Part shown: one piece after another, positions 11,801 through 24,700 of the stretch
How positions within the stretch are numbered: position 1 is the first letter of the stretch
Layout: every line of letters starts with the position of its first letter
NCBI GenBank assembly: GCA_950097015.1
Contig: CATNEN010000008.1
Location: forward strand, 1,054,001-1,118,000
Direction of reading: 5' to 3'
DNA: 64,000 nt
Source of the DNA: Macrostomum hystrix
Taxonomy: Eukaryota; Animalia; Platyhelminthes
Program-made: the position numbers and the translations under genes
Notes under the pieces: generated by a model
What the model was told of the DNA's origin: nothing
Seen by the model: the letters and a program-made list of their open reading frames with translations, nothing else
The model's database searches: none

Positions 11801-14800
11801 CCTCGGCCGATACCCATCCCGAGAATCCTTCAGTCCCTCGGCCGATACCTATCGCGAGAATCCTTCTGTCCCTCGGTCGATATCCATCCCGAGAATCCTT
11901 CAGTCCCTCGGCCGATACCCATCCAGATAATAATTCAGTCCCTCGGTCGATACCAATCCCGAGTATCCATCAGTGTCTCGGTCGATACCATCCGGAGAAT
12001 CCTTCAGTCCCTCGGCCTATACCCATTCCTAGAATAATTTGATGACTCGGTTGATACCTATTATCTGAAATCTTCAGTGCCTAATTAAACAGATTCCTAA
12101 CTTCATCAGTTAGTCGGTTCAACAGATTTAACAGATTACTCGGTCAGTCGATACCGATACCAATTCCCAAGAATTGTTAAGCAATCCCTCACCTGCAGCC
12201 TGTTCCGCAAGCCGTGCTGCACAATTCGGTTGCGACAGGTAGCCACCCGGCAGCGACACTTTGAATTGCATTCGTAGATGCCGCCCAGAGCGCGAGCCAT
12301 ATGCCTGCCGTGCCGATAGGTGACCCGGATGTCCACTTTGCCGGTGATGGCCTGCGAAGATCGAATCGTCAGCTGCTGGCAGGCGCACCTTCGCCTATCC
12401 GAACAGTCGTCCGTGCAATCGCAGCAGACCAAGAAGCCGGGCTCGGATTCGTTTGTGGAAACCCCACTGGTTGGAACCCGCTCAGCAGCGTACTCAATAT
12501 AAGGCAGGCTGGTGTTGTCCAAGCTATTCACCGCGCTGACGGGTACCGACTCCTTGCCGTAGCTGATGTCCTTCAGCTGGTAGATTATCTGCAATTAGTG
12601 ATTCGGGTGGAAACATAATGTTGCATACTTGGCCTCCTGCATACACAACTGACATGGAATTCTACAGACAGCCCATCTTGTGCAAACCCTGAGGACTAAA
12701 TCGTCTTCATCTTTAGAATCGACCACAAACTATCCTGATTCTACCACAAACTATTCTGATTCTACCACAAACTATCCTGAATCTACTACAAACTATCCTG
12801 ATTCTACCACAAACTATCCTGAATCTACTACAAACTATCCTGAATCTACTACACACTATCCTGAATCTACTACAACATATCCTGAATCTACTACACACTA
12901 TCCTGAATCTACTACACACTATCCTGAATCTACTACAACATATCCTGAATCTACTACACACTATCCTGAATCTACTACACACTATCCTGAATCTACTACA
13001 AAATATGTTGAATCTACAACAAACTATCCTGAATCTACCACAAACTATCCTGATTCTACCACAAACTATCCTGAATCTACTACAAACTATCCTGAATCTA
13101 CTACAAACTATCCTGAATCTACTACACACTATCCTGAATCTACTACAACATATCCTGAATCTACAACAAACTATCCTGAATCTACTACACACTATCCTGA
13201 ATCTACTACAAACTATCCGTATTCAATATCCAGACAAGCAAAACACCTGGTCGTAACTGAAAACGCGCACCTTATTAGGCCGGAATTCGTTATTAATCCT
13301 AACCGCAGCGTCAAAGCAGAAGGCAGACACGTGCAGCCGGCATCTGGTCTCGCGCAGGTAGGCGTCCAAATCTGCGTGACTGCGGAGGCTGCGACCGCAC
13401 GGAGCCCGGTATTCCACCAACTCGCGGATGCGACCGCCACAGCCGCCGCTGGCGCCGGAGTCGTCATCTTCGAAGGCCGCCTGTGCCAGCAGGCGCCACC
13501 AGCCCAGTGCCACCGGCGCCTCCAACGGGTTGCGACCTCGAGCTGCTTCGTCATCGAAACAGACAGCATTAACGGCGTTGGGCGGATCCGGGCAGCAGCT
13601 CGGCGAGCAGCGGTGAGGTCGGTAGAGAGACGGCTGCGGTGCGGGCGACGCGGCATCGAACGTGACCACCTGGTAGCCGCGGTAGGCCGCATCGTCGCCG
13701 TCGTCTTCGGCCTCTTCGTCGCGACGACGTCCACGCCGTCCAACGCGACCAGTCGCCGACTCCGACGCCGGATAGTTCGGCATCGACGCCGTTAACGCCG
13801 ATTTGGTCGACGAAGCCAGCCGACTAGCCGATGTCGATTTTCTGGCGTGGCCGACGCGACTCTGCGAGGCGACCACAGCGGCAGAAGCGGACGAAGCCAA
13901 GTGAGACTTTCTGATCACTTGCTGCTGCTGCTGCTTTGGAGGGCCGTAGAGTCTTTCGTATAGTGTCCTGAGCCGAGTGCTGCCGCGATACACCTGAGGG
14001 CAACGAGTTAAGGATATGACTGACTGACTGACTGACTGACTGACTGACTGACTGACTGACTGACTGACTGACTGACTGACTGACTGGCTGACTGACTCAC
14101 CCACTCGCATGAGCCGTCTTTAGCAAAGGTGATTCTGATGAGGGCGCCGTCCACAGCTTCAACTCGCGCGTTGCACCATTCGCCGAGATGTTCGGCCACA
14201 ACAATCTGACCCGGCTGCAGACGCAGCAGATCCCTAGTGGGATAAGCGTCCAGGTAGTCGCGAATAAAGTAGCGATTATCGGGGCCAGCTAGGCGCCAGT
14301 TATTGACGCTCTGAACTAGGACTCGGTGTACAGTGGCCTGCTCCGAGTACTGGCAATAGCCATCGTCGAAGAATATAAGATAGCGGAATTTATTGGATTC
14401 GCCGGGCGACTCAGCTACGATGCCGGCGTAGCGCGGCGATTCGTCGCCTTCGGCCTCGGCGTCTGGACCCTCGTCGGCGTAGTCGGGATCGGCCACTGTC
14501 GACACCACTCTGGTGCCAACCGGGCAGCGCTCCTGTCGGGCAAGGCAGGAGTCACCCAGAGCCAGCTGGACAGCCGAAATGGTGCGCTGCAGCGGCTGCT
14601 GCTGACTGCCAGCGACGGCAGACAGGGCCGACGAGGCCAGGTACCGAACAATGTAGGTGTCGCGCTGAAGCTCCTGAACGACCAAGGCGCGGCACCATTC
14701 GTCCTGTTCGCGCAGGGCTAGCACAGTTTCGCCGGATTGTACTTTGCTGCGAACAATATCAGACAGGTGAAATAATCAAACAGGTGAAATATCAAACAGG

Positions 14801-17800
14801 TGAAATATCAAAAATGTGAAATAGCAAACAGGTAAGAATTTAACGGGTGAAATTATCTAACAGGTGAACGTATCTAACATGTGAAATCACCTAACAAATA
14901 AAATATAAAAAAGGCGAAATTATCGAACAGATTAGGTTCTTTAACAGGTGAAATCGTTGAACAGGTGATTTGGTTGAACAGGGGAAATGGTTGAACAGGT
15001 GAGATAGTTGAACAGGTGAATTGGTTGAGCAGGTGAATTGGTTGAACAGGTGAAATGGTTGAACGGGTGAATGGTTGAACAGGTGAAATGGTTGAACAGA
15101 TAAACCTGTTAAATGAACCTAATGACTCAAAAAGTCTACAGTTTGTAATTTTATTTGACAGCAACACCGCTTAGACTCACTGTGGCCGTTCCAGAAGATT
15201 GGTAGTGCTTAGATTTTTCAAATTTTCAACCGGCACGAGTTTGACCGGCGCTGTTAGTACAACCCGGCGACTAGGACCAACTATGGAGGACAGCGACGGA
15301 ACAGCAGCCGTAGCCGTAGCCGCATCGTGCTCCAACCTGCGAACTTTATTCGCCGGCGCCAGAGAATCCTCAGCCGTAGTTGAAGACTTCGCAGGCGGAG
15401 GCGGCAGGGACGGTGGCGAAGCCGAGCTCGACGGACCCTCAACAATGACAACATCGTCGCGGTCGCACTCATTTTCATCATCGTCGTCTAGAGTTAGTAC
15501 GTCGACAAGGACGCCGTCGCGTTTTTCGACTCTGACCCGGGCGTTGCTAAGCGATCTGGAACTGTTATTGACTACTCCGGGGACATCGATAATCACCACA
15601 TCGTCATTGCTGTCATTGTCGCTTTCATCGCTGTCGCTTAACTCGATCACGTTTATCTTGTTGAGAAGGCTGAAAAAATTATGGCCGTAGATTCAATTAT
15701 GAGAATGTCACAAAAACTTGGGCTAGAAATTTCTAAAAGTACGCAACGCAAACGCAAAACTCACCCAGTCTCTAATTCTTGGAATTTTTTAGTTCTGGTC
15801 ACCAATTCGGAGTCGATCTCTCGAATTGCCTCGGACACTTTGGCACTGCTTTCTGTTTAAAATTTTGTTAAATTGTTGCAAGGGAAAGCGATTGTTTGAA
15901 TTTCATTCAAGTCACATACATCAGCATCAGGTGAAGTTTCGGGATGGTGGAGTTTCGGGTTTGTAAGTTTCGGGTTGGTAAAGTTTCGGGTTGGTAAAGT
16001 TTCGAGTTGGTAAAGTTTCGGGTTGGTAGTTTCGGGTCGGTAAAGTTTCGGGTTGGTAAAGTTTCGGGTTGGTAGTTACGGGTTGGTAAAGTTTCGGGTT
16101 GGTAAAGTTTCGGGTTGGTAGTTTCGGGTTGGTAAAGTTTCGGGTCGTTAAAGTTCGGGTCGTTAAAGTTTCAGGTCAGTGAAGTTTCGGGTCAGTGTGA
16201 AGTTTCGGGTTGGTAAAGTTTTGGGTCGTTAAAGTTTCGGGTCAGTGAAGTTTCGGGTCAGTGAAGTTTCTGGTTGGTAAAGTTTCGGGTCGTTAAAGTT
16301 TCGGGTTGGTAAAGTTTCGGGTCAGTGAAGTTTTGGGTCAGTGAATTTTCGGATTGGTCAAGTTTCGGATTGGTCAAGTTTCGGATTGGTCAAGTTTCGG
16401 ATTGGTCAAGTTTCGGATTGGTCAAGTTTCGGATTGGTCAAGTTTTGGGTGTTCGAGTACTAAGCTAGGGATTAGCTGCTTACCACCAGCAACGCGAAGT
16501 CTTTTAACAACGTCCTGGTAAAATGTACACTTTGACAGCTCCCTATTCAAGCCTTCGTCGACTCGCAAGTAGCCGAATAAAAATTTGTGAACAACCGCAT
16601 CGATTGCTTCTTCGTCTGTTGACTCGGAGGAGCCGCTGGTCTCGGCTGTAAAACATCAAGTTGGTGGTAAATGATTATATCACACTTTCTTCATTGCTAC
16701 TGTGAGTAACAATCGAAGCACTTAAATCTCGAAAAGAATTATGCATAATCTGTAATAACTGTTGCCATTTCCATTAAATTTCAGAAGCTGTAAAAATGCT
16801 ATTTTTCTTCATTCTCACAGACGTCAAAAACACTTAAAATCGAAAACAACAGCAACCTTACTAGAACTTGAGTTTTTTGTTAACACAAGGCTTCGGAATT
16901 CCTAAAACGACACTTAAAAATGTCTCTCTGTCTGCAACAGTAAGGTTTGCCCGAACACATAACTACTGCTGATGAAATATAAACTAGAATTCCAAAAAAA
17001 TGCGTCAAATGCATTATGGACAATTATAACTCACTAAAGGCCTGAATGTTAGTAACATGAATGAGCTGTGGCTTACTAGGGGCATGTAGGTTTGGGAAGC
17101 GGTTTAGCTGAGACTAAGTGAAGCCCCTGAAGGTTTTGGAAGCGGCTGAGATGAGACTAACTGAAGCCCCTGAAGGTTTTGGAAGCGGCTGAGATGAGAC
17201 TAACTGAAGCCCCTGAAGGTTTTGGAAGCGGCTGAGATGAGACTAACTGAAGCCCCTGAAGGTTTTGGAAGCGGCTGAGCTGAGACTAACTGATGCACCT
17301 GAAGGTTTTGGAAGCGGCTGAGATGAGACTAACTGAAGCACCTGAAGGTTTTGGAAGCGGCTGAGCTGAGACTAACTGAAGCCCCTGAAGGTTTTGGAAG
17401 CGGCTGAGATGAGACTAACTGAAGCACCTGAAGGTTTTGGAAGCGGCTGATATGAGACTAACTGAAGCACCTGAAGGTTTTGGAAGCGGCTGAGCTGAGA
17501 CTAACTGAAGCACCTGAAGGTTTTGGAAGCGGCTGAGCTGTGGCTCGGAAGCAGCAGGAAGAAACCACGCCAAATCTGCAACTCACGGAGGTTGGAGGCC
17601 GTGTACTTCCTAGCCAAAGACTGAAGCTCCTCGCGCGGCACTATGGCATAGAAGCGGGTCTCAAAGGCCAGCTGAATGTCAGCCTGCGAGTTCAACGGCA
17701 GCGCTGGCAGCTGCTTTGCGTCACGCGGGCTGCTCTCCAACGGTGATACAGCATCGCGGCAGCACTGAGTGATGGCGCACAGCCATGCGCTCTTGACCTG

Positions 17801-17866
17801 GGCTAGGCGCTCGGCGCTGATGTAGTCTGGGTGAATCGCTGAGGAAACAGCCACGCCATTTGACAT
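8866..17866 (-). CDS. SETDB1: Histone H3K9 methyltransferase SETDB1/eggless (triple Tudor, MBD, pre-SET, SET, post-SET), about 1120 aa, 9 coding exons
   Basis: Exons 17866-17587, 16645-16484, 15852-15765, 15669-15181, 14746-14101, 13993-13247, 12588-12193, 11521-11294, 9192-8866, all GT-AG with matching phases. Motifs: [12 protein letters not shown]|[18 protein letters not shown] (MBD), DISYGKE..CDCTDDC..C.CQQLT, GIYECN..C.C...[32 protein letters not shown]....CR.RLL. Confidence 0.95.
9333..11235. repeat. 35/34-bp minisatellite in SETDB1 intron 8, about 49 homogeneous copies plus a decayed right edge
   Basis: Unit CACTCTTCATCGATGTTGGTCACTCTGGCTCAACT; degenerates from about 11060. Confidence 0.97.
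11575..12075. repeat. Degenerate 35-bp minisatellite in SETDB1 intron 7
   Basis: CCCTCGGCCGATACCCATCCCGAGAATCCTTCAGT recurs at 11765, 11800, 11835 and onwards. Confidence 0.85.
12718..13220. repeat. 21-bp minisatellite in SETDB1 intron 6
   Basis: Unit ACTACAAACTATCCTGAATCT. Confidence 0.95.
14017..14100. repeat. (GACT)n microsatellite in SETDB1 intron 5
   Basis: About 20 tetranucleotide units starting at the donor site. Confidence 0.97.
14762..15115. repeat. Degenerate 16-18-bp repeat in SETDB1 intron 4
   Basis: Recurring GGTTGAACAGGTGAAAT / AAACAGGTGAAAT. Confidence 0.8.
15933..16448. repeat. 16-17-bp minisatellite in SETDB1 intron 2
   Basis: Recurring AAGTTTCGGGTTGGTA and variants. Confidence 0.9.
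17095..17540. repeat. 43-bp minisatellite in SETDB1 intron 1, about 10 copies
   Basis: Unit GGTTTTGGAAGCGGCTGAGATGAGACTAACTGAAGCCCCTGAA. Confidence 0.95.
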
Positions 17867-18164
17867 GGTGCTTGATGGTTGTTACTGCTGCTGCTGCTTA
17901 GCTTATAACTAAACGCAAGCAGCTGAAAGAGACCAAGTAAAATATTGACTTCTAGTTTTATACTTATAGGTAGAAAACAATCTAGATTTATTATGCTAAA
18001 TTGCAATTCTCAGGCAAAGTAAAATCCAAGAATAGTTTTGATTTCTCAGTTATAATTGGTTTCAGCGGTGTTCGCGAAAACCAGTTGTCTCAGAGCAAGA
18101 GACTTATTACTGTAAAATTTGACACCAGCATTAGCTAAGATTTTGGGTATACATTGGGTATAGT

Positions 18165-18260
18165 GGCCTCCCCAGTCCATGGACTGAACAGCTGTAAGCA
18201 GCCTTTGAGAGCGCCGCGCTATAGCTGCGGCTGTGACATTGGTTGCACGCCAGATCCCAC
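18165..18260 (+). mobile_element. SINE family 1 3' fragment
   Basis: CCCCAGTCCATGGACTGAACAG..GCAGCCTTT..ATAGCTGCGGCTGT matches 27930-27985. Further short minus-strand copies at about 34560-34640 and 49020-49078. Confidence 0.5.
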
Positions 18261-20215
18261 ATGAATATTTAAAGGTAAATGTAATAAGAAGTCACGAAGC
18301 GAAAAAAATGAACTAAAATAACATGCAAATGCACTTTTAAATGATGTTTTATAAAATGATCAGACAAAAACATTTATACACACGGAACCCAAAGTTAAGA
18401 CATTCGGAATAACATGAGAGCATTCAAAAAACGAAAGCTTTTTACTTTACGTGACGCCATCTGTAGGAGCCATTTTGAACAACCTAGCTCGTAACAGTCT
18501 CTAGACGACATTCCGTATTTTACAAGTGCACTTCGAAGCGGTTGTGTGGGGCATTCCGATTCAGCTTAATAACAAGCTTAAAAATGTGGAGGGCTTGTTA
18601 CAGCATCATTAAGCCAAGGCGAGAACAACTCTGACAGCATCGTTATCTACACGAAATGAATTATAATTCAACGAATAGAAATCTCTAGTGCGAATGACTA
18701 TCATAACTGTTAGATACTAAATATTTCATTTTCCTTCACCCGAAGTCTCGATACGCGAAATATAAACATAAACCCATGTTCCCCTAGACAGACAACTGAA
18801 AGCGGAATCTCCGCCAAGAAAACAAACGGGAATAAATTATTGAAAAGCAGCTCCTGCCTCACTGGTTAGACCTACTGGGTACTACGCTCATATATCGCAA
18901 CAGAAGATAGTTTAGAAGTTTAAAATGAAAGGCTATTCACTAACTATGCAGACATCATTCCGAAAAGCAATATTCAACACTACTATTGTACATACATGTA
19001 CTAAAGTTCACAGGAAAGTAGAAAACCGAATTGATGCTAGAAAAAATCCTGCATCTTCGATTTCTCCATTACACAGATAAGCAAAGCAAATGAAACACTT
19101 GTGAACATAAGAATCTAGATATGAACAAATCGCCTGGCTAATAACAATCCTACGACAGATATTAGCTTCATCGATTGCTTCCACTGCAATCAAGATGTAG
19201 AAAGGATTGCTCAGAGGAAATTAAGGAATAAAGAGATGGAAAATATCTCGAAAGGCTAGTCGCATCCATTGGAGTTAAGAAATGTATCCACCCCACACGA
19301 TCTGATGGGTTTGGCTATCAAGACTAAGAGAAATGGTCTGGTGTCACAGCTGGCGACAACTTGACACTAAAGTGCAAACTGCTGACAGGGACAGTGCGGC
19401 TGACAGAAACGCAGACTGAAGTATTGCATGCACAGTAGCATACACAAGCGCATGTACATTCTAGTCCTCTTTCGAGCAGTTAATAAATCAAATACTTTTA
19501 ATCGCACTTTTAACGCAGTTGAAATTACATACAGTGCTCAGTACTTTAAATATCATGGTTTTCATTTATGCTGAAGCTATGCTTGAACAACAATATACGA
19601 GCTATTTTTGCAATCGCTTGCTCAAAGAGGGACAGTAAAATTGTTCCCTTCAACTATCTGATCTCCTCTTCCTCAATAAGAGAGGGCGGCAAGTAGCTAA
19701 GAAGGCCCAAGGGAAAAGTTATTTAGGCTCTAAAAATCACTATTTTTAAGTATTTTAAGAGTCAAAAAGCTGCCGACATCAAATGACAGATACGCAGAAT
19801 GCCATCAGGTGACTACTGAATGCAGATAAAGGAAGCATTTCCTATCGTCAATGGGTCCAATACAAGGGAAGCTGTAGATGGATATAAATGGAACCGAGAT
19901 TAAGGGAGGAACAGAGAAGACCCATGCGACTGCCGCCAGATCCTGGGATGGGATTTCTGGGCCTAGGCCGAAGCCGGTGAGGGGTGGGAGATAAAAATGA
20001 CGGCGAGGGAGGCAGGAGTAGAAACTGCCTTTCCAGCCAATTGTAGGAAGATTGTGTGTGGGAGCGCAGCTAAAGCCAGGACGATATAAAATATGCTAAA
20101 TAAAATTCCGAGACTGGAATTCAGAATACAAAAGCTACTAGCCAAGTTCGAAGTGAGGACACTAAAAAAGACCTTTTTAATCGACTGAGACTTAAAAATT
20201 GTACGTCTAAAGATA

Positions 20216-21751
20216 ATGTTAAACGGTACCAAAGTGCCGGCGCCTCATGAAATGATAGCAGATACAGTCGCACTAACTGGCCTAGCGATTGTAGGCTTAT
20301 TCGGCAACGCTCTGATTATCATGTGCGTCATCGTTCACAAGAAGCTTAAGAATGTTACGTCGTTATTTGTCGCCAATTTAGCGGTAGCGGACATGCTATT
20401 AGCGGGTCTAGTTGCGCCAGGTTCAATGCGCCTACTGTGGCGCCAGCGAGGCCTGCCTGTGAGCCCGCTGTGCCAGCTATTTGGTGCAGCTTTGTACTTT
20501 AGCTGCGCAGCGGTGGTAAACTTCAGCGCTCTGATTGCGCTAACTCGCTACATTGTTATCTGTAAGCCTCATTATGTTGTCGGCCTATTTAGGCACAAAC
20601 GAGCCGCTAGCTGGTGCGTCGCGTTGTGGTGCTATACTATATTGCAAGTCGTTGTGCCCTCCGCTGCCAAGCTATTTCAGTACGCGTACAATCCAGTAAT
20701 AGAGGTCTGCCATTTGAACTATACAAAGCATCCAGTGGCCATCGCCGTCTACATCAATTGCTTCTGCTTCCTACCATGCCTTGTAGCTTGCATTGTGTGC
20801 TATGTTTTAATATTTTATGCGCTCCGACAGAACAGGAGAAAACTAACTCGGCACATGTCGTCAACTATGAGCGCAAATTTTCTGGCCAAGAAGCTGATTA
20901 GAGAGCGCAGAGCAACCATGCCGCTGTTTGTGTCTCTGTTGTCATTTTTTGTTCACTGGCTTCCAGTTATGATAATGTTTGGTTTAGACTCCAACTTCGA
21001 AAGATACAATCCGAAGCTTCATCGTTACCTCGGTGTGTTCAGCATAGCTAGCGCCTGTGATAATTGGATAATCTACGGCCTGTTAAACAGGAACTTCGCG
21101 AATGGATATCGATTTGTTCTCTCTTATTGCTGTTGCTGCAAATCTAGTAAAAATGGGGATCCAGCACATGAGTTGGTGAAGATGCGTCGCACACCTGGCA
21201 GAGCGGCAGGACACAGTAGACACTCTGGCGAGCGCCTAAACTGTCGACACCTATCGGCGGGTAGTCATCATCATAACAGCTGTCAAATGAAGCAACGATG
21301 CTGCCTAAACAATGCATCTACGGCGGCTGCAATTGCCACAGTAGCGAGCGCGCACGTTGCTCCGATAGTAAGCGAACTGGAAGATTACAGTGACCTGGAG
21401 AGTTGGAACAGCCTTAGTAGGAGGCATCCAGCCCAGCAGCAGCAGCAGACGCAACAGGAAACCTGGATGTTCGCCAACAATCAGCAAGAGTTCGCGAAAG
21501 AGGCTGCAATCAATGAGTACGCATATGACAATGGCGATGAGGATGATGATGACGCAAGCGAAACAGACGAATTCGATCGAATCAATGAGAAATGCTGCGG
21601 TGCAAGGCACAGAGTCGAGGCGATGCAGCAACAGCAGCAGCAGAGGCTGCCAGCCGGTGAACAAGCTCAGACACCGGCGCGACAATCGCTCATTGTTGTC
21701 ATAGCAGCACGAGAAAAGTTTGAAAATGATGGAAAAGTTGCGCGGCTATGA
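20216..21751 (+). CDS. Class A (rhodopsin-like) GPCR, melatonin-receptor-like, intronless, 511 aa
   Basis: Seven hydrophobic segments with GN (TM1), LAVAD (TM2), a TM3 Cys, IALTRYIVIC, W in TM4, HWLP (TM6) and NWIIYGLLNRNF (TM7/H8, similar to melatonin receptor NAIIYGLLNQNF). N-glycosylation sequon NGT; long low-complexity C-tail. Confidence 0.88.
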   Translation: MLNGTKVPAPHEMIADTVALTGLAIVGLFGNALIIMCVIVHKKLKNVTSLFVANLAVADMLLAGLVAPGSMRLLWRQRGLPVSPLCQLFGAALYFSCAAVVNFSALIALTRYIVICKPHYVVGLFRHKRAASWCVALWCYTILQVVVPSAAKLFQYAYNPVIEVCHLNYTKHPVAIAVYINCFCFLPCLVACIVCYVLIFYALRQNRRKLTRHMSSTMSANFLAKKLIRERRATMPLFVSLLSFFVHWLPVMIMFGLDSNFERYNPKLHRYLGVFSIASACDNWIIYGLLNRNFANGYRFVLSYCCCCKSSKNGDPAHELVKMRRTPGRAAGHSRHSGERLNCRHLSAGSHHHNSCQMKQRCCLNNASTAAAIATVASAHVAPIVSELEDYSDLESWNSLSRRHPAQQQQQTQQETWMFANNQQEFAKEAAINEYAYDNGDEDDDDASETDEFDRINEKCCGARHRVEAMQQQQQQRLPAGEQAQTPARQSLIVVIAAREKFENDGKVARL

Positions 21752-24700
21752 CAATTTTTTCACTATTCAGAAAACGATTATACTGTATGCCTTTTAAAGC
21801 CATCATTTACTTAAGAAGTACTCGTACCTGATGAATGACTGTTGAACTAGGAATGACGTTTTTAACCCATAAAAAGTAAACAATAGACAAGAGGTGAACC
21901 GTACTTAGTGACTTGCCAATTCATTCTTTTCGCAATTTGCGCTTTAAAGTCTGCATTTTCCAGACATTTGGCTACCTACTTTAGCATATAACATGGCTGG
22001 CGCATCAAAGTCCACGTCAGTTCTGACCGCTGTTTTCTCAGTCCTAGGGACAGTGTCGTTGCGCATCGCTAGCGCGTTAAGACCTGCTGGAACATTCTTA
22101 AGAGCTTAAAGACGCACAAAAACTTGGCTAAAAGATCAAGAAAGAGAGGGTGGAATGGTGTCGAAAATTCGACCCCCGAGAAAGAGCAGACGCTGTAGAC
22201 AAGGAACAGGCGGTACTGGTCGTTTGGACTACCAACCTCCACACTGGCTCCTCTCTCATTCAATGCCTGTCTCCTACGCTTAATCTTCCCCTCTAACGTC
22301 CTTCCGCTCTTAGAACCCGGCTTGCCGGCCCAGTCAACAACAGATGTAGCTATCCACCCACTCGGTACACAAGCTTATGAATATCCTAACTAATACGTAG
22401 GATCTCCATTTTTAGCTGCAATGTACCCTAAAATTGTGTGAGTCAAATGTGTCTGTCCTGCCAGCAAACCTTTAGAGCAAAGAAAGTTGCTAAAATTTCA
22501 TTCATGTCCATATCCTAGCATAGAAATGAAATGATATGTCATATCAATAAAAATCACCAAAAAGTATATCTGGATGATTTAAAACTCTGGTGCTGCTGAA
22601 ATGCAAATATACACATACATATACTACTTAAAAAACGTTATTAAAAGGTTCTGAAAATGTCCCTGTGTTAGTATTGCAATATGGTGCTTTGCAATATATA
22701 TCAATCGATATTTTAGAATCTATTTTAGTCGAGAAAGGTCAGATTCAGGCTATTATTACCTTAAGATGCTACTACGAGTATAGTTTGAAAACAATGAACC
22801 AAAAAAGCTAACATACACTTTTTAGATAAGCAATGTAACAGAAAGAAAGAGAAAAGAAAATACCACATAGCAATTGGCAAGAGAATAAAGTAAAATACAA
22901 GGAAAGAACTTAAATTTGTAGTGATATGATATTGATGGCAGGGATAGAAGTGTTGTGTAGGTAAGGATGTGGAGAAAGGAAAATATTGAAGGCCAGTATA
23001 GGATTTGTAGGAAAGGTAGCAAAAGATGTGGCAAGGGGAAAATGCTAAGACAAAGATGATACAATGGCTAGTCTTTTAGCTTATATAGGAAATTTATAAA
23101 ATAAAGCAGTACCTACCAATAGTTTGAATTTGCAACCTTTTAGTTTTACTACTATATAACACTTTTACCTAAAAATTCCAAATGTTTTTAAATAGCCAAA
23201 ACATATTCAAATAAAGAAATGGCATAGCTAATTGGCTAATAGTTAGCAACCTAGTTACTTTAAGAAGGATGCCAGAAGAATTTTTGGAATGCCACATTTT
23301 AATTATGAATGTTAATATCATAACAGAATAGGGTCCTTCAGAATTAGGCATCAATAAGGAGTAATTTAGAATATGAAAAAAAACATTTTAAATTAGATTG
23401 ATGTTAAAAAGTATGTTCCTCTTTAAGAACTTTGTTAAAGTGTGCATGTTAGAAGAAAAAACTAGCATGTTTTGCCCCCTTCGGGGAGCAGAAATATTTT
23501 TAATTCGGCTTGTATATACTTTTTAGCAGCTGAATTTACAGTTTTTTAAAGCTACAATGAACCCCCAGTTGACAATGATCCCCAGTATCAAACTGTATAA
23601 CTTTTCTGTTCCTTTGAATGGCTACATGAATAATAATATAGTTTTCAAAACCCAAACTATGTTCTATTAGGGTCTTAAATAAATAAAAGGGTCTTAAATA
23701 CACACTTTAAAACCAAGAAAATCTATTGAGTATGACAAGACTTAACACATTTGCTTTTATACCTTGACATGTTTTCACATTTTTTGCTCTAATTAGGCTA
23801 GTACAGTGTGAACTGAAAATAAGCAAACTAGCCTAAATAATTGGCACATGAACAAGACTGTCAGAGCCTCTAAAGATGAGGATGTTGTCCTATTTCTTCT
23901 TTTCTAATTGGTCATTGTTAATGTAAGGTTTTGGCTATAGATGTAAAATAAGGGATTCCTGAAGGCTATTAGGCCTATTTCATGTGTATGCTTGATGTCT
24001 CACAGAAAATGGAGCACATAAAATGATGTTTTAACATAGGCTCTACTGGTTTTTATAGTCAGTGGCACAGTTGCAGTTGTATATAATGTTTAAATTACTT
24101 AGTGATAGGCCTAATGTTTGAATCCACATGAGAAAAATATTTTAGTCAGTATAGCTAACAAAACTAGAAATGGGGCTCTTGAAACCTATAGTAAACTGCA
24201 ATGTTTGGTTAAGCTAGCCAAGTAAACTGGCAGGAACTATCTATTTGAACTATAGGACCAGCAAGGTGGCCTTTGTGATAGAATATGGTATACACAAGAC
24301 GTCACAAACATACTTAGTGTACCATAGCTGGGAAGTGGTAGTTAGGTTGAAATATCCAAGTGCACACTGACCTTATTGTACTGCACATTAGGGCATCATC
24401 ATGACATAGCAGCATACACTACCAAAATTGTTGGATGTATATCAAGGCAATCAAAGCATATCAGGGTATAAATTGCAAGACAGAAGTCTACACTAACTCT
24501 TGTGCACATTTGCACACAATAATGTAAGGCTTAAATTTGGCTTTTAAATACAAACAAGATAAACACAAACTAGGGATAGTATTTGTTTTTAAATAAAAAA
24601 TATGATTTAACATAAAAATGAATGTTTAACATTTTTCTCTTGTATGCTAGTTATTCTTTTGTTATTAATTAGGCCTATTATGTCTTTTATTTACTAGACC

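Noticed and set aside
12680-13795. Mucin-like (TTNYPES)n ORF
   Set aside because: It is a 21-bp intronic array plus the antisense of a SETDB1 exon, with no signal peptide and a non-ATG start.
19008-19350. Possible non-LTR retrotransposon C-terminal remnant (LCNGEIEDAGFFL); a similar hint at 23100-23360
   Set aside because: The resemblance is too short and degenerate, and no RT motifs were seen.
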